A DNA stretch of 64,000 bases from an uncultured Verrucomicrobiae bacterium. Lineage in GTDB: Bacteria; Verrucomicrobiota; Verrucomicrobiia; Limisphaerales; CAVQOW01. The DNA lies in the NCBI GenBank assembly GCA_963714605.1, contig CAVQOW010000005.1:5584-69583 (forward strand), given 5' to 3'. The translations under genes and the position numbers were made by a program. Positions 1 to 10,121 of the stretch are shown here, one piece after another; positions within the stretch are counted from its first letter, which is position 1, and each line of letters starts with the position of its first letter. The notes beneath the pieces were generated by a model. The model was not told where the DNA came from and made no database searches. It saw only the letters and a program-made list of their open reading frames with translations.

Positions 1-815
1 AATTTATCCACGAGCACGGGCCGCTCCGGCGAAGCCTCGACTGCGAACCGCATGTAGTGTGTGAGTTCGGCGTCGGAATAAACAATCTGCATCGCGCGCC
101 CGCCAAGCACGAACGAGGGCCGGACAAGAATCGGATAACCAAGCGTCTTCGCCACTTCGAGCGCCTCGGCTTCGTTCGTGGCGATGCCGTTGGGCGGTTG
201 CGGAATGTTCAGCTTGCGCAGCATCACCGCAAAGAGCTTGCGGTCCTCGGCGATTTCGATTTCCTGCGGAGACGTGCCGATGATGTTGACGCCGTTTTTC
301 TGAAGGCCCAATGCAAGGTTGAGCGGTGTTTGCCCGCCGAATTGGGCAATCGCGCCCCAGCATTTTTCCCGTTCGTAAATGTGCAGCACGTCTTCCAGCG
401 TGAGCGGCTCGAAGTAAAGCTTGTCGCTCGTGTCGTAGTCGGTCGAAACCGTTTCCGGATTCGAATTCACCATGATGGTCTCGAAGCCGTCTTCCTTGAG
501 CGCAAACGCGGCATGAACGCAACAGTAATCAAACTCAATGCCCTGCCCGATGCGGTTCGGTCCGCCGCCCAGAATCATCACTTTCTTGCGGTCGGAAGGT
601 TTGACTTCGTCGTCGCCACGGTCGTACGTCGAGTAGTAGTAAGGCGTGTAAGCCTCGAACTCGGCGGCGCAAGTGTCCACGAGCCGGTAGCTCGGCACGA
701 GACCGGTCTTCTTCCGCAAGGCGCGAATGTCGTCCTCGGTCTTTCCAACAAGATTTGCAATCTGCCGGTCGGAGAAACCGAGCGATTTCGCTTTGCTTAA
801 AGTGTCAGGTGTCAT
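1..815 (-). CDS. carB: Carbamoyl-phosphate synthase large subunit, C-terminal half as a separate ORF (runs off window; absent from ORF track)
   Basis: Manual translation from ATG 815: [20 protein letters not shown]...[19 protein letters not shown]...[22 protein letters not shown]...[23 protein letters not shown]...[12 protein letters not shown]; hallmark CarB motifs of the second half. Confidence 0.93.
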   Translation of the reverse strand, partial: MTPDTLSKAKSLGFSDRQIANLVGKTEDDIRALRKKTGLVPSYRLVDTCAAEFEAYTPYYYSTYDRGDDEVKPSDRKKVMILGGGPNRIGQGIEFDYCCVHAAFALKEDGFETIMVNSNPETVSTDYDTSDKLYFEPLTLEDVLHIYEREKCWGAIAQFGGQTPLNLALGLQKNGVNIIGTSPQEIEIAEDRKLFAVMLRKLNIPQPPNGIATNEAEALEVAKTLGYPILVRPSFVLGGRAMQIVYSDAELTHYMRFAVEASPERPVLVDK

Positions 816-828
816 GTTTCAAGTGTCA
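801..828. repeat. Tandem heptamer array (NGTGTCA x4), left arm of inverted pair around four-helix-bundle gene
   Basis: agtgtca ggtgtca tgtttca agtgtca; reverse-complement match to 1226-1246. Confidence 0.8.
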
Positions 829-1196
829 GGCGTCCGCTTCAACAAGAACTGCTTGAAGCCACCGATCAGCGCCTTCGTCTTGGCGGCTTGGGCGTAATGT
901 GCGCGAAATATTTGTTCGGTGACGTAACCATTATCGAGCGCGACGTAAAGGAGCGACTGAACTTCAACCGCCGAACGTCTGGCGATTCCCAAGAATCGCG
1001 CGAACTCGATTTTTGATTCACAATCAAATCCTTCGGCAATGTTTGCCATCGCGGATACCGCCGCTCGTTGGATCTGGTCTTTCAGACCGAAATCCTTTGC
1101 GAGTGGACCACTTTCCCCCAACTGATAAATCGAACGCGCCAGCTTTCGCGCCTCTTGCCACGCCTGTACTTCTTCAAATTTGGAAATCAGCGGCAT
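819..1196 (-). CDS. Four helix bundle protein (TIGR02436 / 23S rRNA IVS protein family)
   Basis: FEEVQAWQEA..DFGLKDQIQRAAVSAMANIAEGF..EFARFLGIARRSAVEVQSLLYVALDNGY; ATG 1196 preferred over upstream start lying in the repeat. Confidence 0.92.
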   Translation of the reverse strand: MPLISKFEEVQAWQEARKLARSIYQLGESGPLAKDFGLKDQIQRAAVSAMANIAEGFDCESKIEFARFLGIARRSAVEVQSLLYVALDNGYVTEQIFRAHYAQAAKTKALIGGFKQFLLKRTPDT

Positions 1197-1225
1197 TTTT
1201 ATTGTTCGACTCACGACCACAACGG

Positions 1226-1246
1226 TGACACATGACACTTGACACG
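1226..1246. repeat. Tandem heptamer array (TGACACN x3), right arm
   Basis: tgacaca tgacact tgacacg, immediately next to the pfp stop codon. Confidence 0.8.
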
Positions 1247-1247
1247 T

Positions 1248-2519
1248 TTACGCCCGTTCCGGCAATTTCTTCTCGACCCGTTCTTTCACCAGTTCCACAA
1301 ACCGTGGCAAGCCGCCTTCCGTCGGCACTTTGACCTCGCCTTCGATGAGCGGGCGGGCGTATTCGACAAATTTTTCGTTCGGCAGAAAACCGTCTTCGGT
1401 AAACCAGTCGCGTGGCATGAGGTGTTCGACGTTGGCGATGTCGCCCAGCGGTTGCAGCCCGGTCGTCCATTTGTAAGGGTTACTGGAAAGCCGCACGATT
1501 TTGGCCATGACGCCGGTTTGGCCTTCGATTGCCGCGCGCACCGCCGCTTCCCCGCAGGCTGCGGCTTCGGTTGCGTCGGTCAAACTTGCGTAATGCGCCG
1601 CGGCGCGCTGAGCGTAACCGAGCTTCACGGTGCGACTTTTGATTTGAGTTTTTCCTGAATCAAATCTGCAAGCCGGTCGGCTGCGCCGGACAGAACAACG
1701 TGACCGAAGGCGTCGAGCCGCGATTTGTCCGCCGCGATTTCCTCACCGGCGGCATTCTTCAAAGCCTTCACCCACGACGACCACGCAGCATTTGAGCGAG
1801 TCCACCAGTTCTTTGACTCGCGCGAGGAAGGTCGCTTCGTCGAAGGCGATTTCCGGCGACAGAATGATGTGCGGCGCGTCGTCGGGGCCGCGTCTGGCCA
1901 GCACGGTGCCAGCGGAAATCCAACCCGCCGCGCGGCCCATCACCTCGACGAGAATGCACGCGCCGTCGTCGGTGGCCATGCCGGTGACGTCGGCGGCAAT
2001 TTCCATGACGGAGGTGGCGTTGTATTTGATGACCGAGCCGTAACCGGGACAATGGTCAGTGTGCGGCAGGTCGTTATCAATCGTCTTGGGCACGCCGTTG
2101 ACGCGCATTTCGTAACCGCGCGCCGCGGCCTGCTCGCTGATTTTGTGCGCGGTGTCCTGCGAATCGTTGCCGCCGATATAAAAGAAATACCGGATGTTGT
2201 GCGCGGCAAAAATCTGGAACAGCCGATCCATGTCGCGCGCGGCCTGCTCCGGTTTTTTCTTGAAATCAATCTTGCAACGGCACGTTCCGAGCGCCGCGCC
2301 GGGCGTGTATTTCAGCCCTTCAATCGTGCGCGCTTTTTCTTCGCCGAGATCTATCAGTTCCTCCCGCAGCACGCCGAGGATGCCGTTGAGCCCGCCGTAA
2401 ATTTCCTCAATGCACTCGTGCCGTCCTGCTTGTTGGACGACACCGGCGAGGCTCGCGTTGATGACAGCGGTCGGGCCGCCAGACTGTGCGACGAGAAGGT
2501 TTCCAGTCAGTTCAGCCAT
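1248..2519 (-). CDS. pfp: Phosphofructokinase, probably PPi-dependent (frameshifted ~1630-1750)
   Basis: AQSGGPTAVIN, GGNDS, PKTIDND, EVMGRAAGW; Asp in GGNDS and Lys in PKTIDND are the PPi-type residues. Confidence 0.85.
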
Positions 2520-2529
2520 GGCTTGAAAA

Positions 2530-3752
2530 TCAGTTTCCGATGAACGCCGCATGCACGGCTTTCATCGCCTGCTCGCCTTTGGCCAGATCAATCACGACCG
2601 AGATTTTGATTTCGCTGGTGGAAATCATGCCGATGTTGACGCCTTCCTTGGCGAGCGTTTCGAACATCTTTGCCGCCACACCCGGATGGCTGCGCATGCC
2701 GACGCCGACGATGGAGAGCTTGCCGATTTTTTCGTCGGACAATGACTTCGCGGACGCCGATTTCCTTCTTGAGGCCGTCAATGACCTTTTGCGCCTTGAG
2801 CAAATCGGGTTTGTCCACGGTGAAGGAGAGGTCCGTGGCGGGCGCGCCCGTGCCGTGGCTGATGTTCTGCACGATCATGTCCACGTTGATGGTCGCGTCG
2901 GCGAGCGCCTTGAAGATGCGCGCGGCCACGCCGGGTTTGTCGGGCACGCCGACGAGCGTGACTTTGGCCTGGTTTTTGTCGAGCGAGACGCCGCGGACGA
3001 CGACGTCTTCCATGCTTTTGGTTTCTTCTTTCACAATGGTTCCTGGGTTGTCGTTGAAACTGCTGCGGACTTCAAAGACGACTCCGAACTTTTTGGCAAA
3101 CTCGACCGAGCGCGCCTGCATCACTTTCGCGCCGAGGCGGCCAGTTCCAGCATTTCGTCGTAGGAAATTTCCAGCAGCTTCTTCGGCGTCCGGCACGATG
3201 CGCGGGTCGGCGGTGTAAACGCCGTCCACGTCGGTGTAAATCTGGCAGAGATCGGCCTTCACGGCCGCGGCGAGGGCGATGGCCGTCAGATCGCTGACCG
3301 CCGCGGCCCAGCGTGGTGATCTGGCCGTCGGGCGTTTCGCCCTGGAAACCGGCGACGATGACGACGTTGCCCTGGTTGAGAAAGTCGTGCACGATCTTTC
3401 GGCGTGATGTTGTCGATCTTGGCCTTGGTGTGGACGCCGTCGGTGACGATGCCGGCCTGTGCGCCGGTCAGCGACACGGCTGGCACGCCGATGGAATGCA
3501 GCGCCATCGCCGGCAGCGCAATGGTGGTTTGCTCGCCGGTGGCCAGCAGCACGTCCATCTCGCGCTCGTTGGGCATCGGCATGACTTCCTTGGCGAGTTT
3601 GATGAGATTATCCGTCACGCCGCTCATCGCCGAGACGACGACGACGACCTTGTCGCCCTGGCATGATACTTTGCCACGCGCGCCGCGACGTTCTTGATGC
3701 GCTCGGGGTTGCCGACCGATGTCCCGCCATATTTTTGAACAATCAAAGACAT
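2530..3752 (-). CDS. lysC: Aspartate kinase with ACT domains (several frameshifts)
   Basis: [55 protein letters not shown] across consecutive ORF fragments. Confidence 0.92.
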
Positions 3753-3774
3753 AGAAAAGAATTCTGGATTCTCA

Positions 3775-5107
3775 TTATTCAAAATCTTCCACCCGGATCA
3801 TCACGGGTTTGCCTTTGACGATGGGCAGCCTGCCGATTTTTGCCAGCGCCTTCGTCACTGCGCCGTTGGTGGCGTAGTGCAGCATGAAAATCAGCGGCAC
3901 GCTTTCGCCCTCGTGGCCTTCGGGCTGGATCACGGAGGAGATGCCGATATTCGCTGCGCCTAAAATGGCGGCGATCTTTGCCAGCACGCCGGGTTTGTCC
4001 ACGACGTTCAGGCGCACGAAATACTGCGAAACAACCTCTTCAATTGGCACGACCGCACCGTCGCATTCATGCGGCACAAACGGCGGCACGCGATGTTTCG
4101 TGCCGAATTTGAAGTCCAGCGCTGCATCGGCCAAATCACTCAACACGGCGCTGGCCGTGGCGTCTTTGCCCGCACCGCGGCCGTAGAACAGCGTGTCGCC
4201 GACCACGTCACCGCGCACGAACACGGCGTTGAACACGTGGTTCACGCTGGCCAGTACGTGCGTGTTCGGGATCAGCGTCGGATAAACGGAAACCTGCACG
4301 CGGCAATCGATTTTTCGGCTTCCTTCGCTTTCCGCTTTCCGACTTTCTTGATGATTCCGAGCAGCTTGATCGTATAGCCCAGCTCGTTGGCGAACTTGAT
4401 GTCGATCGCGGTGACGTGCCGAATGCCTTCGACGTGAATCTTTTTCGGGCTTGACCCAAAATCCGTGCGCCAGCGACGCGAGGATGCCGATCTTGTGCTG
4501 CGAGTCCCAGCCGTCGATGTCGAGGTCCGGCGGCGTCTCGGCGTAGCCTTGCGTCTGCGCGTCTTTGAGCACTGCGTCGAAATCCGCGCCTTCGAGCTTC
4601 ATCCGGGTGAGAATGTAATTGCAGGTGCCGTTGACGATTCCGTAAGGCGCGGTGATGCGGTTTCCGACGAAACCTTCGCGAAGCGATTTGATGATCGGAA
4701 TGCCGCCGCAGACACTGGCTTCGTAATAAAGGTTCGTGCCATATTTCTTCGCCGCGGCGAAAAGTTCCTCGCCGTGCTCGGAGAGCAGCGCCTTGTTCGC
4801 CGTGATGACCGGTTTGCCGAGCTTGAGCGCGGAGAGGATCATCGTCCGGGCGATGCCCGTGCCGCCGACGAGTTCGGTGACGATGTCCACCTGCGGATCG
4901 TTGACGACGCTTTGCCAGTCAGTCGTCATGAGCGGAGCGCGGAATCGGATAGGGACGCGGCTCGTCGAAAGCCTTCACCGCGACTTTGTGGACGGCGACC
5001 TTCACGCCGATGCGCGAGGACAGGAGGCCGCCGTTGCGTTGCAGCGCGTGAAACACGCCGCTGCCCACCGTGCCGCCGCCGATCATTCCGAGATTTACCT
5101 GCTGCAT
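3775..5107 (-). CDS. hom: Homoserine dehydrogenase with C-terminal ACT (frameshifts ~4925, ~4440, ~4300)
   Basis: [55 protein letters not shown]. Confidence 0.93.
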
Positions 5108-5227
5108 ATTGGCAGTAGAGAATGCAGGGAATCCGGGCAGTGGACAATTCATTTTTCCATGTCGGGTCCACCTGATGCGCCGCATTTTAATCTTTGAAGC
5201 CATTGTCGCCGTTAATAACATACCCGC

Positions 5228-5914
5228 ATGAAACACGCGGGCAAAGCCCAACAAGCCGCCTTCCGATTGATCCTGCTCTCGCTCTGTGCGGTAGCGATCA
5301 TTCTGGTGATTGGTCTGCTCGCGAAAATCATCGGCGCGTTCGTCGTCGCACTGGCTTCCACGCTAATGATGCTCTGGATACTGTTCGTCGCGTTCACGCT
5401 GTATTTCTTTCGCGATCCTGAACCGAAAGTGCCGGCGGCCGCGGGCCTCGTGATCTCGCCGGCACACGCGCGGGTGGACGCCATTGGCACCGCGACCGAA
5501 TCCGATTTTATGGGCGGCGAGTGCCAGCGCATTTCCATGTTCCTTTCCGTGATTGACGTGCACGTGCAGAACGCGCCGGTCAGCGGGCGCGTCGGGATCG
5601 TAAAACACACGCCCGGCCAGTATCTCAACGCGATGAAAGCCGAATCCGCGCAGTTCAACGAAAACGTGCTCATCGGATTTGAATCAAGCGATCCAACCGG
5701 GGAAAAAATCGGTGTGCGGCTCATCGCCGGTGTGCTGGCGCGCCGGATTATTCCGTGGGTCAAGACCGGCGACACGGTTGAGCGCAGCGAACGCATCAGC
5801 CTGATTCAATTCGGGTCGCGGGCGGACGTGTATCTGCCCAAGTGCGCGAAAATCAAAGTGAAGCTGGGCGACAAAGTTGTGGGTGGCGAAACCGTCCTCG
5901 CCGTGTTTGAATGA
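5228..5914 (+). CDS. psd: Phosphatidylserine decarboxylase proenzyme
   Basis: FFRDP, DVHVQNAP, ARRI, FGS self-cleavage motif; adjacent to pssA. Confidence 0.92.
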   Translation: MKHAGKAQQAAFRLILLSLCAVAIILVIGLLAKIIGAFVVALASTLMMLWILFVAFTLYFFRDPEPKVPAAAGLVISPAHARVDAIGTATESDFMGGECQRISMFLSVIDVHVQNAPVSGRVGIVKHTPGQYLNAMKAESAQFNENVLIGFESSDPTGEKIGVRLIAGVLARRIIPWVKTGDTVERSERISLIQFGSRADVYLPKCAKIKVKLGDKVVGGETVLAVFE

Positions 5915-5924
5915 GGCCTGAATT

Positions 5925-6782
5925 ATGACGACGCCTGCCATGCAACCTCCGCCAGACGATGGTGACGACTCCAAACTCAAGATTTATTTCCTTCCAAACC
6001 TGCTGACGGCGGGAAATCTTTTCTGCGGCTTCGTGGCGCTGACGAAAATCGTCCAGGCCGATGCGGAGTCGGCGAATTATTTCCAGCAAATCAAACTCGC
6101 GCTGTTTTTCATCCTGCTGGCGTGCATTTTCGATTTGTTCGATGGACGGATAGCGCGCCTGGGCGGGGCGGAGAGTCCATTCGGCCGCGAGTTCGATTCG
6201 CTGGCAGACTTGATTTCGTTCGGCGTGGCGCCGGCGTTTCTGGTGCATCGCATCGTGCTCGGCGATGTGTTCAGCGAACATCCGCAAGTCGGCTGGTTCA
6301 TCGCCTCGATTTATCTGATTTGCGGCGCGTTTCGGCTGGCGCGTTTCAACGTGCTCAGCGCGCAACCCGGCGCGGGTGGTGGCAAGGAGTTTCTCGGCTT
6401 TCCGATTCCGTCGGCGGCGGCGTTGGTGGCGTCGCTGACGCTGTTCATGATGTGGTGGGACGAAAAAGAATTCAAAGTGGGCAACTGGCGGTATTTATTG
6501 CCATTCTTGCTGCTGTTTTTGTCGTGGATGATGGTCAGCAAGGTGAAATATCCGAGCTTCAAGTCGCTGGATTTGCGGGCGACGCGGACGTTTACCAAGA
6601 CGTTGATTGCCGTGCTGTTCATCGGTGGCGCGCTGATTCTTCAGGAAAAACTGCTTTACTGGGTGCTTCCGCTGTTCTTCACGTCGTACCTGATTTATGG
6701 CTTTGTGCGCCCGCACATTTCACGACGACTCCGCCACGAAATCGAAGAGGAAGAAGACGAGGAGCTGGAAACGCCGGCTTGA
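5925..6782 (+). CDS. pssA: CDP-diacylglycerol--serine O-phosphatidyltransferase
   Basis: LPNLLTAGNL, DLFDGRIAR..SPFGREFDSLADLISFGVAP, RLARFN. Confidence 0.93.
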   Translation: MTTPAMQPPPDDGDDSKLKIYFLPNLLTAGNLFCGFVALTKIVQADAESANYFQQIKLALFFILLACIFDLFDGRIARLGGAESPFGREFDSLADLISFGVAPAFLVHRIVLGDVFSEHPQVGWFIASIYLICGAFRLARFNVLSAQPGAGGGKEFLGFPIPSAAALVASLTLFMMWWDEKEFKVGNWRYLLPFLLLFLSWMMVSKVKYPSFKSLDLRATRTFTKTLIAVLFIGGALILQEKLLYWVLPLFFTSYLIYGFVRPHISRRLRHEIEEEEDEELETPA

Positions 6783-6788
6783 GCGCGC

Positions 6789-7478
6789 ATGTCTGAGTTG
6801 CAGCCCATCATCGTCGCGGCCTCCACCGGCTTCATCTTCGGCGTACTGCTTTCGATCCCCGTCGGCCCGGTCAATCTCACCATTCTGAACGAAGGCGCGC
6901 AGCGCGGCTTCAAATGGGCACTGCTCATCGGCCTGGGCGCGTCGGCGATGGAAGTCATCTACTGCGCCATTGCGTTCACAGGCTTTTCGTCGCTTTTCGA
7001 AGGTCGGCTGGTAAAGGCCGGCATGGAAGTGTTCACCTTCGCGTTCATGCTGTTCCTCGGCGTCAAATTTATGACGGCGAAAACCGTCGCCGCGCCAATG
7101 CACATCAGCAATGCCGCCGACCGAATCGAGGAACGCATTGGTGAAAAACTTCATCCGCACTCGGCGTTCATGACCGGGTTCGTGCGCGTGATGGCCAATC
7201 CTGGCGTGTTGCTGTTCTGGATTTTTCTCGCGGGATACTTCATCTCGCATGACTGGGTGGACCCGATGCCTGAAAGCAAACTGGCATGCGTCATCGGCGT
7301 GGCGCTGGGGACGAGCCTGTGGTTTTTTGTGTTGAGCTGGGCGGCGGCCTTGGGTCACGGACGGTTCAGCGAAAAAACCCTGCTGCGGATGGAACATTTT
7401 TCCGGGTTAGGCTTGCTGGTTTTGGCCGTGATTCACGGCGGTCACATCGCATGGCAACTTGCAAAGCACAAAATGTGA
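6789..7478 (+). CDS. LysE family translocator
   Basis: SIPVGPVN, GF..MANP motifs; about 6 hydrophobic helices. Confidence 0.8.
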   Translation: MSELQPIIVAASTGFIFGVLLSIPVGPVNLTILNEGAQRGFKWALLIGLGASAMEVIYCAIAFTGFSSLFEGRLVKAGMEVFTFAFMLFLGVKFMTAKTVAAPMHISNAADRIEERIGEKLHPHSAFMTGFVRVMANPGVLLFWIFLAGYFISHDWVDPMPESKLACVIGVALGTSLWFFVLSWAAALGHGRFSEKTLLRMEHFSGLGLLVLAVIHGGHIAWQLAKHKM

Positions 7479-7640
7479 AGCGCAAGCCAATCCGTTCTCG
7501 TCCCCTGCCCTATCGCACCCAACCACGGTTTTTCAACGCGTCACTTCAAATGGCTGCGCCTTCAGTGCTGGGTCATCAACCACCCTTTGACAACGCCCAT
7601 TCGCAGGCGCAAGATTGTTGCGTAGAGATTCTGGAGCGCC

Positions 7641-8798
7641 ATGCAAGCCGTGCCCGCAACCGCCGATCCGAAAGACGATTCGCTCGCCAACATGCTTGAT
7701 CGCCACACCGCCACCGGCACGCTCTGGCGCGCGGAAGGCGAACGCATCCGCTGTTTCGCCTGCGGCCATCGTTGTTTGATCGCCGAGGGGCGGCGCGGCA
7801 TCTGCAAAGTGCGCCTCAACAAAGGCGGTCAACTTCGCGTGCCGTTCGGTTACGTCGCGGGCGGGCTGGCGAGCGATCCGGTCGAAAAGAAACCGTTTTT
7901 CCACGTCCATCCCGGCAGCGACGCGCTCACGTTCGGGATGCTCGGCTGTGATTTTCATTGCTCATATTGCCAGAACTGGGTGACGAGCCAGGCGATGCGC
8001 GACGAAGCTGCCGGCACGTCCATCGTTGAACTCACGCCCGAACAAATCGTCAAAGCCGCCCGTCGCAGCGGCGCGCGGCTCATCGTGTCCAGCTACAACG
8101 AACCGCTCATCACGGCGGAATGGGCCGTCGCCGTGTTTCAAAAGGCGAAAGCCGACGGTTTCCCCTGCGCCTTCGTCTCCAACGGCAACGCCACGCCCGA
8201 AGCGCTCGATTTTCTGAAGCCGTGGATCGTCGCTTACAAGATTGACCTGAAAGGTTTCAATGACAAACGCTACCGCACACTCGGCGGCACACTCGAAGCC
8301 GTGACCAATGGCATCCGGCTGGTGAAGGAGCGCGGCCTGTGGCTGGAAGTCGTCACGCTCATCGTGCCCGGCTTCAACGACAGCGAAGACGAACTGCGCG
8401 CCATCGCGAAATTTCTCACGTCGGTCAGCCGCGACATTCCGTGGCACGTCACGGCGTTTCATCCGGACTACAAGCTCACCGACCCGCCCGCAACGACCTC
8501 GCGCCAGCTCGTCCGCGCGGCGGAAATCGGCGTCGAGGAAGGATTGCGTTTCGTTTACGCCGGCAACGCGCCGGGCCGCGTCGGCCAATGGGAAAACACT
8601 TTTTGCCCGAATTGCCGCGAGTTGCTCATCGAACGCACCGGCTACCTCATCCGCGACTACAAAATCACCGGCGACGGCAAATGCCCGAAATGCCAGACAG
8701 CGATTCCCGGCATCTGGCCAACCGGCGGCGCATCGGAAGTGCGCACCGGCGAATCGACCATGGATTATTACCAACGCACGCCGCGCCAGGTGAGTTGA
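7641..8798 (+). CDS. amrS: AmmeMemoRadiSam system radical SAM enzyme
   Basis: CFACGHRC, DPVEKKPFFH, CDFHCSYCQNW, YNEP, WHVTAFHPDY, C-terminal CPNC..CPKC; next to MEMO gene. Confidence 0.92.
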   Translation: MQAVPATADPKDDSLANMLDRHTATGTLWRAEGERIRCFACGHRCLIAEGRRGICKVRLNKGGQLRVPFGYVAGGLASDPVEKKPFFHVHPGSDALTFGMLGCDFHCSYCQNWVTSQAMRDEAAGTSIVELTPEQIVKAARRSGARLIVSSYNEPLITAEWAVAVFQKAKADGFPCAFVSNGNATPEALDFLKPWIVAYKIDLKGFNDKRYRTLGGTLEAVTNGIRLVKERGLWLEVVTLIVPGFNDSEDELRAIAKFLTSVSRDIPWHVTAFHPDYKLTDPPATTSRQLVRAAEIGVEEGLRFVYAGNAPGRVGQWENTFCPNCRELLIERTGYLIRDYKITGDGKCPKCQTAIPGIWPTGGASEVRTGESTMDYYQRTPRQVS

Positions 8799-8801
8799 AA
8801 T

Positions 8802-8935
8802 AAACTCGAAACTCGAATGTCGAAACTCGAAAGAAAATCGAAAATCGAAAACCGAACTGCCGCGTTCCCACCGTCCCATTGGTGTTTCGGGCTTCGGATT
8901 TACTTCGAACTTCGAGTTTCGGATTTCGGGTTTGG
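8802..8935. repeat. Inverted heptamer tandem arrays forming a long imperfect hairpin, no ORF inside
   Basis: Left arm aaactcg/aaaatcg units 8802-8854; right arm tttcggg/cttcgga units 8885-8935; both arms contain a 4-nt interruption. Confidence 0.85.
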
Positions 8936-8967
8936 AGACATCATCAACAGCAAATACCCGTAACGCC

Positions 8968-9792
8968 ATGCCAATGTTCTCTCACAGCTTTTCATCGAAG
9001 ACGCGCCCTCCTGCGGTCGCGGGCCAATTTTATCCCGGCAACACCGCCGAACTGCGCCGCATGATCGAGGGTTTTTTACGCGAGGTGAAACGCAGCGACG
9101 CGCCCGCGCCCAAAGCCGTCATCGCACCGCACGCCGGTTATGTCTATTCCGGGCCAATTGCGGCATCGGCTTACGCGCGGTTTGCGACGGCTCGCGACAT
9201 CATCAAACGCGTCGTCCTGCTTGGGCCGTCGCATCGTGTGCCGTTTGACGGTCTGGCCACGACAAGCGCCGAGACTTGGGCGACGCCGCTGGGTGCGATT
9301 CCCGTGGACACCGCCGCCATCCAGCAAATCCGTTCGCTACGGCAGGTCAGCGTGTTGGAACATGCGCACGCCGCCGAGCACTCGCTCGAAGTGCATCTGC
9401 CGTTTCTGCAAATCGTGCTGGCCGATTTCAAAATCGTTCCGCTTGTGGTCGGCAACGCGAGCGACGAGGAAGTTGCCGAAGTCATCGAAGCGCTTTGGGG
9501 CGGCGACGAAACGCGCTTCGTCATCAGTTCCGACCTGAGCCACTACTACGACTACGCCACGGCGCGCGAACTCGACGCCGCGACAGCCGTCGCCATCGAG
9601 AAATTGAAACCGCAGGACATCGGCGAGGAAGAGGCTTGCGGGCGCGTGCCGATTCGCGGTCTGCTGCACGCCGCCAAACAGCATGGACTCCACGCTTGCA
9701 CCGTTGACCTGCGCAATTCCGGCGACACCGCTGGCTCGCGCGATGAAGTCGTCGGTTACGGCGCGTGGACGTTTGAAGAAGTGGTAAAGTAG
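8968..9792 (+). CDS. amrB: AmmeMemoRadiSam system protein B (MEMO1 family)
   Basis: RPPAVAGQFYP, PHAGYVYSG, LGPSH, EHSLEVHLPFLQ, ISSDLSHY, ACG, NSGD..VVGY. Confidence 0.93.
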   Translation: MPMFSHSFSSKTRPPAVAGQFYPGNTAELRRMIEGFLREVKRSDAPAPKAVIAPHAGYVYSGPIAASAYARFATARDIIKRVVLLGPSHRVPFDGLATTSAETWATPLGAIPVDTAAIQQIRSLRQVSVLEHAHAAEHSLEVHLPFLQIVLADFKIVPLVVGNASDEEVAEVIEALWGGDETRFVISSDLSHYYDYATARELDAATAVAIEKLKPQDIGEEEACGRVPIRGLLHAAKQHGLHACTVDLRNSGDTAGSRDEVVGYGAWTFEEVVK

Positions 9793-9850
9793 AGGTAGGG
9801 ACGCGCGGCTCGCGCGTCCGGACGGTCGCCGCAGCGCGGCGACCCTACCT
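9793..9850. repeat. GTAG-type REP doublet (REPIN-like)
   Basis: aggtaggg...ccctacct ends enclosing hairpins ggacgcgcg-gct-cgcgcgtcc and ggtcgccgc-agc-gcggcgacc. Confidence 0.75.
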
Positions 9851-9940
9851 GAACGGACAAAGCGACGTCTGACAAAGCTTGGCGAACTTAACACCATTCT
9901 TGCGCCAAAAGTATGACGACAAACCCACAAACGAGTTGTC

Positions 9941-9959
9941 GCTTACATAAATGTTAGGC
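9941..9959 (+). other. attI-like integron recombination site / cassette core site
   Basis: GCTTACA-TAAAT-GTTAGGC: degenerate L box, 5-bp spacer, GTTRRRY R box 14 nt before ATG 9974. Confidence 0.55.
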
Positions 9960-10121
9960 TATAATTCATAGTAATGAGAAGGTCAACAACAGCACTCATC
10001 GTTCTTGGGCTGCTCCAGAGCATTTTCTGGTTTCCTTACGTTCTCGATGGCGCCCTGGATACTTCCATCGCCACTTCAAGTCGGGCGGTGGACGGTTTGG
10101 TTGCCAGGCACTTTCGATTTA

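Noticed and set aside
819-1196. Diversity-generating retroelement, given the Avd-like fold
   Set aside because: No reverse transcriptase and no template/variable repeat pair seen.
8802-8935. Possible CRISPR array
   Set aside because: Contiguous 7-mers without unique spacers; no cas genes in the window.
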